A DNA stretch of 64,000 nucleotides from an uncultured virus (IMG/VR IMGVR_UViG_3300033153_011590) (Duplodnaviria > Heunggongvirae > Uroviricota > Caudoviricetes): positions 1-64,000 of the IMG/VR virus record IMGVR_UViG_3300033153_011590; one strand, 5' to 3'. Made by a program: the position numbers and the translations under genes. The notes beneath the pieces were generated by a model. It made no database searches. It saw nothing but the letters and a program-made list of their open reading frames with translations, and was not told the origin of the DNA. This document shows, in pieces, positions 18,077-26,285 of the stretch (the first letter of the stretch is position 1; every line of letters begins with the position of its first letter).

Positions 18077-19126
18077 ATGGTAGACCCACGAAATAATACC
18101 TATCTGAGAAAGCTATATACACGACTGAATGTTTTCTCAGCTAAGAGACTGAATCGTGATTGGTTTCGAGTACAATATTCAAAAGGAAGATGTCCACATT
18201 TTCTAGTTCAAAAAATTAATGGAATGTCTGAAGTTATAGAAAGTGTATTTCCTGGTAAATGGGAATTACAAGCATGGCCTCATCGAAATGATGAAGGTAA
18301 AATGTTAGTATATCCACTATTTGTTATAAAGTTTGATAAAATTGAAATAACAAATGATGATGATTCTATGATACTTGAAGACCTTTACGTTGCTATAGAG
18401 TTTTCTTATGCCCGTAATACTCCATATATACGTCAAATCTCTGGTACAAGAGGTAAAGTAAGTCCTGCTGAGTATGATAATGGATATATGCATAGTCATT
18501 TACCTGCTATTGCTGTAAGTAGTGTACAATCTTTTAACGGATTTTGTCTTGGTGAGGATGGAATAGCTCAAACTATAATGATGTTAAATTCTACTTGGAG
18601 TTATGAATTATTTAGGATGGCAATGCTTCAACTTGATGATTATGTACGTTGGGAATCTCTTGAAGGTGGCCCTCATATTTGCATGGAAGATGTATATGAA
18701 AAAGGTGACTTTTATGAAAATAAACCCCTTAACTCTGTAATATTGGAACCTATATTTAAAGAGGTTGATAACCATATCATGCAAGAAGATATTATGATTA
18801 CACGTTCTGGTGATAAATATATAATTTATATAAATGATGCTCTTATAGATGCATTAAAGGATATAGTTCCTAGTGAATATTTAATGCTTGAAGCTTCCAA
18901 TGGAAATACATATTGTGTTGACATTGAAAATAGAAATAGAAGAAATATTTCTACTCATATTGTCTGGAGAGGAATTTCACTTAAAACTATTCAAATTACA
19001 AATAGAGAAAGAGAACCTATTGAAGGTAGTATTTCCGTTGATAGTAATCTAGTAGGACACATTAAAAGATATTTGGAACAAAAACTTATGATAAACTTGT
19101 TAATGCATGAACCTGATTTACACTAA
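18077..19126 (+). CDS. Prokaryotic E2 (UBC-fold) conjugating enzyme-like protein
   Basis: HSH(139-141)...GFC(157)LG matches the E2 HPN/HPH...G.hCL signature; flanked by Ubl and JAB genes. Confidence 0.7.
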   Translation: MVDPRNNTYLRKLYTRLNVFSAKRLNRDWFRVQYSKGRCPHFLVQKINGMSEVIESVFPGKWELQAWPHRNDEGKMLVYPLFVIKFDKIEITNDDDSMILEDLYVAIEFSYARNTPYIRQISGTRGKVSPAEYDNGYMHSHLPAIAVSSVQSFNGFCLGEDGIAQTIMMLNSTWSYELFRMAMLQLDDYVRWESLEGGPHICMEDVYEKGDFYENKPLNSVILEPIFKEVDNHIMQEDIMITRSGDKYIIYINDALIDALKDIVPSEYLMLEASNGNTYCVDIENRNRRNISTHIVWRGISLKTIQITNREREPIEGSISVDSNLVGHIKRYLEQKLMINLLMHEPDLH

Positions 19127-19137
19127 AATTTAATAAC

Positions 19138-20391
19138 ATGTATGATGAATATGATGAATATAGCGGATATTACAATAACGCAAGCAAATATTATAATAAC
19201 AAAAATAATATAGGATTTATGAAAAGTAAAACAGCAAGACCTGATTATCGAAATCAGCCTCTTAAAAGAACAATACCAATGAATATTTCTTCAAAGGTAT
19301 TGAAACAGATTAAATTTCTTACCTCTCGGATAAGTTCCGTTGAATGGTCAGGAGTATTATTCTATAGTGTAACCGATGATATTGATTTACCAAGTAAGTT
19401 TCAAATTACTTTGGAATATATCTTCCTGATGGATAAAGGTACAGGCGGTAGTACAGAATATGATTATGATGAAGAACTAATTGATTTTCGTATTGAAAAT
19501 CCAGAAAGCCTTGAATGGAAAATTGGTCACATCCATAGTCATAATTCTATGGGCACTTATTTCAGTATTACAGATACTGAAGAACTTGAAGACAATGTTA
19601 AATTTCACAATTATTATCTTAGTGTTATTGTAAATAATGCATTAGATATAGATGGAAAAATAGCATTTTTAGGTAAACTTGAAGATGGTGTTATGCCTTA
19701 CGAATGTAAAACCGGAGAAGGAAAACCTTATAAACTGGAAATTACAGCAAAAGAAGAAGATATAATGTTTATTTATGATTGTCAAATCTATACAGAAGAG
19801 ATAGTTATGGAAGACAATTTTATCAACAGACTTAAAGTTGTAGTTGACAGAGAGACTAACAAACAATTTCAGCCCTCTACAAATAAAGTATATACTGCAG
19901 GTAATTTTACATCAAATATTCCCGCTAAAGATAAAAAAGACAAACCAAAGCGAGGAAGAGGAAGACCGTCAAAAAAGCAAAAGCAGGAAGACGCAGAAAG
20001 GGACGCTATCAGACAATCAAAGAAAGACGTTGAAACTGTCGATGGAGGTTTTTGGATGGACGATTTTCCTGCTTATTGGTTACAATTTGGGAACATGGAG
20101 TCTGAGTTTGATTTTACCATTGATGCTCTGGAGAATATTAGAGATAAGATGACTAAGCTTAACAAGTCAAGGTACATTACTTTGCTTATAACCAGTTCTG
20201 CTAGTCTCTATGAAAAGTATTTTCCTAATACTGAAATAGATATGGTAGAAGTATATTCGCAAGTTTATAATTCATTACTTGAAAATATTGACTTATATGA
20301 GTATGTAGGAGATATTCTTGATGCTCTTGACCCATTTATTGCTGAACTTTCAAAAATGAAATTAAAATTAACTGATGTAAAGGAGGAATAA
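19138..20391 (+). CDS. JAB/MPN+ (JAMM) metalloprotease with an AT-hook and helical C-terminal extension
   Basis: E69 (VEWSG) and H133-S-H135-x7-S143-x2-D146 form an exact JAMM motif; KRGRGRPSK AT-hook. Confidence 0.9.
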   Translation: MYDEYDEYSGYYNNASKYYNNKNNIGFMKSKTARPDYRNQPLKRTIPMNISSKVLKQIKFLTSRISSVEWSGVLFYSVTDDIDLPSKFQITLEYIFLMDKGTGGSTEYDYDEELIDFRIENPESLEWKIGHIHSHNSMGTYFSITDTEELEDNVKFHNYYLSVIVNNALDIDGKIAFLGKLEDGVMPYECKTGEGKPYKLEITAKEEDIMFIYDCQIYTEEIVMEDNFINRLKVVVDRETNKQFQPSTNKVYTAGNFTSNIPAKDKKDKPKRGRGRPSKKQKQEDAERDAIRQSKKDVETVDGGFWMDDFPAYWLQFGNMESEFDFTIDALENIRDKMTKLNKSRYITLLITSSASLYEKYFPNTEIDMVEVYSQVYNSLLENIDLYEYVGDILDALDPFIAELSKMKLKLTDVKEE

Positions 20392-20394
20392 ACA

Positions 20395-21072
20395 ATGGCA
20401 ATCAATGATAGATTTAAAGACGCTCCTTGGGTAACTCCAAAGAGTGTCATCATTGGCGGTGCGGGAGGCATCGGAAGCTGGCTAACACTATTCCTTTCAC
20501 GCATTGGTTATGAAATTTATCTCTACGATGATGATTTATTCGAAGAGCATAATATGGGTGGTCAATTTGTGAATAAAGAATGTGTTGGAATCAGTAAAGT
20601 AGACTCAATAGCCGGTCTTGTTGTAAACTTTGGTGGAACTGGTATAATAAATACCTATCACGAAAAGTATTTAAGAGATTCTATGGCTCATGAGTTCATG
20701 TTTTCTGCTTTTGATAATATGCAAGCCCGTAAAGATATGTTTGAGAATTGGTTTGAATATAATAGAAAACATGAACATGTAAATGCTTTATTTATTGATG
20801 GTAGACTAACAATGGAGCAGTTACAAATATTTTGTGTAACTCCTTCTCATACAAAAGTGTATAGAGAGAAACATCTATTTAGTGATGAAGAAGTAGCAGA
20901 TGCTGCTTGTACTATGAAACAAACTTCTCATAGTGCAGCAATGATTGCAGGTCACATGACAGGTTTTTTCACTAATCATATTACTAATATTGTACAGAAA
21001 TCGGTATCAAGAGATGTTCCTTTCCAATACGAATATTTCATACCTTTAAACTTAAGAAATGATGAATTTTAA
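20395..21072 (+). CDS. E1-like (ThiF/MoeB family) adenylyltransferase
   Basis: GAGGIG, DDD.FEEHN...Q, SKV, FDN..AR, DGR; candidate catalytic Cys172 (AACT). Confidence 0.92.
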   Translation: MAINDRFKDAPWVTPKSVIIGGAGGIGSWLTLFLSRIGYEIYLYDDDLFEEHNMGGQFVNKECVGISKVDSIAGLVVNFGGTGIINTYHEKYLRDSMAHEFMFSAFDNMQARKDMFENWFEYNRKHEHVNALFIDGRLTMEQLQIFCVTPSHTKVYREKHLFSDEEVADAACTMKQTSHSAAMIAGHMTGFFTNHITNIVQKSVSRDVPFQYEYFIPLNLRNDEF

Positions 21073-22441
21073 TTATAGACATAATTACGCTCCCGCATTG
21101 CAAGGTGAACCTTATAGGCTCTGCTTTGCAGTGCAAGGAGCATATGTACCATTATTTGCTGTGATGAGTTATCTCAGACAAATAAGAAGAGGTATATACT
21201 ATCTTGTCAGTCTTCCACCTACAAGTATACTTGTAGAAAGAAATTCAAATTCTTTAATGGAAACATTTGATATTGGTGGAGAATTGAAAAAATTTAGTTT
21301 TGAAAATTTTAGTATATATGTGTCCAAGGGTCTTGTATACACAATGAACGGTGGTCAAATGATTATTCTTATAATGAGATTAGTTGTTATGAGAATAAAT
21401 TCTTCAGACAATGTAACTGCTGGTGCTCAAAAGATGGTGATTAATTCACAAGTATATCATCCTAGTGGCCCTAATTATACCAGACTTCACTATTATATCA
21501 ATAAGTATATTTTATCCGCTTGTGCCAATAATGGTGAAACTGTCGAAATACAAGACAGTATAATAAATACTTATTGTATAGCGGGTACTTATTCTAAGCC
21601 GTGTGATTCTATTAGGGAGAATAAGCAGTTTATGAAGAAAATTGTTAAGTATATTACAGATAATACCCTTATAGAAGAAGTTGTAGAAGCTGAAGTTCCA
21701 CAGGAGATAATGGAAGAACTTCCTTTTGGACAGGTATCAACATCATCACAGCCGTTTGCTGAAGATACAGAATTGATGGCTTTAGAACGTGCTATTGCTC
21801 AATATTTACCTATTGAGAATAGTTTAACTGCATTTCAACAAAATCGACTTCAAGAACTTCGTACTACTTATGCAAATAGAAGAGATTTTCTTGTTAGACA
21901 AGTACGTACTGAGTTAGCAAGAAGAGAAGGTGCAGTACATTCAAGTAGAAGAAGAGGTGTTAATATTAATGTTGTTGATGATACTGTTCCTCAAGGAGAA
22001 ACTGTTAGTGAAGATATACCATCATCTTCTACACCATTCACTATTGATAACCTTGAAGTACCTAATAATCTTGAACCTATTGCTCATGTAGAAAATGATG
22101 AAGAATATGCTCGCAGAATTGTAGAAGAACAAGGATTAAGACCTGATGTTCCTACTGTAAGTGAGTATGAAGCAAGAGCAAGAACAGGTGACGGTTTTTG
22201 GAGTAATAATGAGAGAAGCTTTAATATGAGAGTAGATAGTGCTGGAATACATGCACATCAAGGAGTTGAAGAACAAATAGGACAAGACAGACCTATTCCT
22301 ATAATAGTATCTAATGAAGCTGATGCGGAAGCTCATGAAGCTGATAGTACTTTTGTATCAGTAGAAGAAAACGCAGCCACTTATGGTTTCGTAGATGACG
22401 AATCACAAATTTTACCTTATGCCAGACCAGACAACGAATAA
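21059..22441 (+). CDS. Hypothetical protein: globular N-terminus, long acidic low-complexity C-terminus
   Basis: 460-aa ORF overlapping the E1 stop. Confidence 0.75.
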   Translation: MMNFNYRHNYAPALQGEPYRLCFAVQGAYVPLFAVMSYLRQIRRGIYYLVSLPPTSILVERNSNSLMETFDIGGELKKFSFENFSIYVSKGLVYTMNGGQMIILIMRLVVMRINSSDNVTAGAQKMVINSQVYHPSGPNYTRLHYYINKYILSACANNGETVEIQDSIINTYCIAGTYSKPCDSIRENKQFMKKIVKYITDNTLIEEVVEAEVPQEIMEELPFGQVSTSSQPFAEDTELMALERAIAQYLPIENSLTAFQQNRLQELRTTYANRRDFLVRQVRTELARREGAVHSSRRRGVNINVVDDTVPQGETVSEDIPSSSTPFTIDNLEVPNNLEPIAHVENDEEYARRIVEEQGLRPDVPTVSEYEARARTGDGFWSNNERSFNMRVDSAGIHAHQGVEEQIGQDRPIPIIVSNEADAEAHEADSTFVSVEENAATYGFVDDESQILPYARPDNE

Positions 22442-22835
22442 ACAGAAAAAGTCTTATGGTAAAACCAACCGTAATCTAGGTCACTCAACAGAACGCTATT
22501 ATGCATCTGAATTTCGTGACCTAGGTTATAGTTTTTGTAAGACCTCAAGACAAGCATCTCGTTTGCATGATGATGCAGGAATCGACCTTGTATTTATTCC
22601 TTTTAATGTCCAAGTGAAAGCAGGAAAACAAAGAGGATTAAATCCAATACTCGTTTTGAAGGAAATGAATAATAGAATTATTGAACTATTTCCTGAAGAA
22701 AATGAAGTACACTCTAAGCCTAACATGGTTATCTTAAAGAAAGCCACAGGGCATGGTATAAAACGCACCAAGTATGATGAAGTAGTTATCATACCTTGGG
22801 AAGACTTTAAACGTTTAATAAAGAAAGATGAGTAG
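22419..22835 (+). CDS. PD-(D/E)XK nuclease, Holliday junction resolvase-like
   Basis: G...ER, GIDL, VQVKAG; likely start 22419. Confidence 0.7.
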   Translation: MPDQTTNKQKKSYGKTNRNLGHSTERYYASEFRDLGYSFCKTSRQASRLHDDAGIDLVFIPFNVQVKAGKQRGLNPILVLKEMNNRIIELFPEENEVHSKPNMVILKKATGHGIKRTKYDEVVIIPWEDFKRLIKKDE

Positions 22836-23037
22836 AATTACAACTGGCACTTGTCCCAATTGTGGACAATCTTGCCAAGAATCAACAGATGGTACTGTAG
22901 ATTGCCTTGAATGTGGATTTTATTCTACAATGATTATTATTAGCAACTATCGTACACTGGAGGAATTGAATGAAGAGCGATTTAGTATTGGCTGTCATGT
23001 TCTTTCAGAATTACCTGAACAGAATTTCTATATTTAA
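22828..23037 (+). CDS. Zinc-ribbon protein
   Basis: CPNCG...CLECG. Confidence 0.7.
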   Translation: MSRITTGTCPNCGQSCQESTDGTVDCLECGFYSTMIIISNYRTLEELNEERFSIGCHVLSELPEQNFYI

Positions 23038-23050
23038 AAACACTAATCCT

Positions 23051-24157
23051 ATGATTAAGAGAACACCACAAGCTTTGATAGATGATTATTTCGAAGACAC
23101 ACAACATTTGTCACAGAGTAAAATCAAGCTTATCCTGAAAGGGATGGATGTCTTCAATAAAGAAAAGGATGAAAAGGATTTATATTATGAAGAAAAAGGA
23201 CATTTTATTATAGGAAACGGAGTTGATATTTTATTGACTCAAACAAGAAAAGAATTTGATGAACAATTTGCGGTACTTACCGTTGACAAACCCGGCCCAA
23301 AGCTCATGTCTGTAATTCATCGTATTTTCGATACGTATATTATAGAGAAAGATACTGAGCAAATCAGACACTCTACACTCGGAATGAGTGTTGAAAGCCA
23401 GATTATCCTTGACAGTGCTGCTGCCGAAGGATTCCAATCTGCATGGGTTAGTAAAACAATGATAGCTAATGTAATTAAAAATGGTCAAGATTATTTTGAC
23501 TCACTTTGTATGAATTATGGTAAACAATTGGTATCACCCGATGAAATGCATACAATAAACGAAATAGTGGAATCACTTTCCACAAATATAAGAACAAAGT
23601 TTTTGTTCAAAGAGTCTATAAATAAAGATATTGATATTCTTTATCAATTTCCAGTATATTTCTTCATTGGAGAAATATTATGTAAGGCATTGTTAGACAT
23701 TGTTATTGTCAATCATACGGAAAAAATAGTCATTCCCTACGACTTAAAAACTATGGGAGATTACACTATAAACTTTGATATTCAGGCACGCAGAATGAGA
23801 TATGATATTCAGGCTGCATTTTATACTGAAGCTTTAACAGTACATTTTGAAGGATATACAATTAATCCTTTTATCTTTGTAGTAGAAAGTACTATCCAAC
23901 AAGGAAATCCATTATTGTTTGAAACTTCTGGTGATTTTATAAGTATAGGAAGATATGGAAGAGCTGAAGGATACAGTAGACTTTATGATGATAAAGATAC
24001 TGATGAATATTTTCAAGAAATATATCATAAACCTATTCATGGTTTCATGGAAGGCATTAAACTTTATAAGTGGTATCTTGAAAATGGATTTGAACAAGAT
24101 AAACTTGTAAAAGAACATAGTGGATATTTATATCTTGAATGGAACAAAGTCTCCTAG
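23051..24157 (+). CDS. PD-(D/E)XK exonuclease (RecE/exonuclease VIII-like)
   Basis: LSQS, KALLD, DLKT, YDIQAAFY; likely start MIKRT at 23051. Confidence 0.8.
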   Translation: MIKRTPQALIDDYFEDTQHLSQSKIKLILKGMDVFNKEKDEKDLYYEEKGHFIIGNGVDILLTQTRKEFDEQFAVLTVDKPGPKLMSVIHRIFDTYIIEKDTEQIRHSTLGMSVESQIILDSAAAEGFQSAWVSKTMIANVIKNGQDYFDSLCMNYGKQLVSPDEMHTINEIVESLSTNIRTKFLFKESINKDIDILYQFPVYFFIGEILCKALLDIVIVNHTEKIVIPYDLKTMGDYTINFDIQARRMRYDIQAAFYTEALTVHFEGYTINPFIFVVESTIQQGNPLLFETSGDFISIGRYGRAEGYSRLYDDKDTDEYFQEIYHKPIHGFMEGIKLYKWYLENGFEQDKLVKEHSGYLYLEWNKVS

Positions 24158-24159
24158 TT

Positions 24160-24822
24160 ATGGAAATACAGGATGGACAATTTTATATAAATAAGACGAA
24201 TCAATATCTACTTCCGATAATATCTGATTATGGAATAAGCATTATTAAACGTGTTGCTTCTGTATTCAAATTGGGAGTAGGTATAGGTGATGCAGTATTA
24301 CCTGATAATGTAGAATTGAATAATCCTCTTTTTATGTTAATTGATATAAATATGAGGAGAACTCGTTTTTTGAACGTTATGGAATGGTTCAGAGAACAGG
24401 ACTTTTTTATATTTGACTATAGTTACGATGATATTATTGACGGTAATAAGCACATGATTGTGATAGAAACACCTAAAAACTACATAAATGCTTATGAACA
24501 TTTTTTAAATTCAGAATTCAGTAAGATGTATTCAGAACTTGAATTGAATAGATTTTTCAAGAAAGGTGATGAAAAAAGAAATGTCTTATTGAAGAATGAA
24601 ATCGCAATAATAAACTTTGTTGATGTAATGAATGAGGAATTCGATTCTAACTATTCGTATAAATTGTGGGAAGAACTTGATAATGAAGCGGATTTTCCCA
24701 TAATGATGAAAGAAGAAATATTTAACTACAATTTAATACAAAATTCTGATGAACAAAAAAACAGAAGACGCACAAAAGAAAGTTGCGAAAGAGCAGAAGG
24801 AACAGTTGTTAAAGACAATTGA
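24160..24822 (+). CDS. Hypothetical protein
   Basis: ORF; likely start just after the 24157 stop. Confidence 0.7.
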   Translation: MEIQDGQFYINKTNQYLLPIISDYGISIIKRVASVFKLGVGIGDAVLPDNVELNNPLFMLIDINMRRTRFLNVMEWFREQDFFIFDYSYDDIIDGNKHMIVIETPKNYINAYEHFLNSEFSKMYSELELNRFFKKGDEKRNVLLKNEIAIINFVDVMNEEFDSNYSYKLWEELDNEADFPIMMKEEIFNYNLIQNSDEQKNRRRTKESCERAEGTVVKDN

Positions 24823-25123
24823 AGATTTGAAAAAGCTCGTAGAAGACAGCGACTATATTCCGGCTGCTGTTATATTGTTAAATGATGGTAAGCAATCACT
24901 CATTACAGGCGGAGGTCATCCTGTCGTACTTAATGAGATGATGAAACAAGCTTTCGACAGTATACCAAACTTTTTTCTTTCTACAAAGCAGGCTTGTATG
25001 GAATATCAGTTCAATGCTGATGTTGCTGAAACTGCTAAAAAAATAAGTAGTGAAATTACAAAAAAAGTTGAAGAAAAGAATGAACAAGACAGACTTTTTG
25101 TTCCACCAATTGCTGATGCATAA
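24749..25123 (+). CDS. Hypothetical protein
   Basis: 124-aa ORF. Confidence 0.7.
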   Translation: MNKKTEDAQKKVAKEQKEQLLKTIEDLKKLVEDSDYIPAAVILLNDGKQSLITGGGHPVVLNEMMKQAFDSIPNFFLSTKQACMEYQFNADVAETAKKISSEITKKVEEKNEQDRLFVPPIADA

Positions 25124-25512
25124 TGGAATGCTGTCGATGTGATACAGAAATTGAAAAAATCCCTTATTTAATAGTAGGGGATTTTTCAGCCTGTCCAAAA
25201 TGTATGCATGAATTTGAAGTATTGGTACAACTTAGTTTGGATAATCCGAATGTCTTCAAAGAAGTTATACATAAATGGAAAACTGACATCAAAGCCAGAA
25301 AAAATATTATGGATATTCGCCATTTGAATATTACAATAGGCGAGTATACTGATTTGATGGCTGAATACTATCGTGCTATAGGAAAAAATGATAAAGTAAT
25401 CAAATACAGAAATGTATATCTTAGTGTACGTCAAGTAGGTCACTATTTACAAACGATTAAAGATAAGAACAATGATTTGGAAAAGATACAGCTTCTACAC
25501 ACACTTGACTAA
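25123..25512 (+). CDS. Hypothetical protein with N-terminal CxxC...CxxC
   Basis: TAATG coupling. Confidence 0.7.
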   Translation: MECCRCDTEIEKIPYLIVGDFSACPKCMHEFEVLVQLSLDNPNVFKEVIHKWKTDIKARKNIMDIRHLNITIGEYTDLMAEYYRAIGKNDKVIKYRNVYLSVRQVGHYLQTIKDKNNDLEKIQLLHTLD

Positions 25513-25891
25513 AGACTCCAGACCATTAATATTCAATCCAAGATTCCCTTGGGCATGTGTTGGCCTTAGTGGAGAAGGTTCTGACAAAATTGATAAAGCT
25601 ATTATGGTTGCATATTTACCTGCAGATGAAAATTTATTGATGTATTGGAATGATGCTTTTAAGATTGAGTATACATTAGAAGAAGAGATAATATTCACTG
25701 ATGCATTTCCACAACCTAGTTGGTTTGATGAATGCGAAACAATTGAAGATTCTCATACAGAAGATATGATTACTGATATTATATGGCTTAGAGATACATT
25801 TATTCAACAAGTAGATATAGAACCTACAAAAGATGAAGCTTATGCCTACAATTTGTGTGATAGAATACTAGATAAATTAAGAGGAGAATAA
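25472..25891 (+). CDS. Hypothetical phage protein
   Basis: 139-aa ORF. Confidence 0.7.
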   Translation: MIWKRYSFYTHLTKDSRPLIFNPRFPWACVGLSGEGSDKIDKAIMVAYLPADENLLMYWNDAFKIEYTLEEEIIFTDAFPQPSWFDECETIEDSHTEDMITDIIWLRDTFIQQVDIEPTKDEAYAYNLCDRILDKLRGE

Positions 25892-25893
25892 TT

Positions 25894-26079
25894 ATGATAG
25901 CTAAAATTGGACATCAAAAAGAACAAGATATAATGGTAATTGCTTGGAGTGACAATAGTATCGGATTTGGTGAACTTATCATTAAAAAAGTTGAGGATGG
26001 CATATACACAGTAGATACTGAAATGATGGATATTGACCATTTTATCAAGGTAATTAAGGCATTAGAATATCTTCCATGA
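25894..26079 (+). CDS. Hypothetical protein
   Basis: 61-aa ORF in operon-like spacing. Confidence 0.65.
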   Translation: MIAKIGHQKEQDIMVIAWSDNSIGFGELIIKKVEDGIYTVDTEMMDIDHFIKVIKALEYLP

Positions 26080-26267
26080 AACTTACGAAGAAACTCAGAC
26101 AAGCAAAAGATGAGAAATGTTCTGACTGTGGTAAATCTGCTGTAGTATTCTTTCCTGTATTTGACCCTGACATACCATCGTATCCCTATTGTCGTAAATG
26201 CGTCAATACAAGAAAAATTGAACTACTTATAGCGATGGATAAAAGTGATAAAAAAGGAGAGCAATAA
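26076..26267 (+). CDS. Small zinc-finger protein
   Basis: CSDCG...CRKC; ATGA overlap. Confidence 0.65.
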   Translation: MKLTKKLRQAKDEKCSDCGKSAVVFFPVFDPDIPSYPYCRKCVNTRKIELLIAMDKSDKKGEQ

Positions 26268-26285
26268 TGTTCTCCTTTTTTTTTT
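26250..26285. terminator. Bidirectional terminator between the convergent gene blocks
   Basis: aaaaaaggagagca-ataa-tgttctcctttttttttt at the strand switch. Confidence 0.85.

Noticed and set aside
20395..21072. Thiamine or molybdopterin biosynthesis ThiF/MoeB
   Set aside because: No CxxC zinc pairs and no thi/moa or desulfurase genes nearby; the neighbours are E2-like and JAB genes
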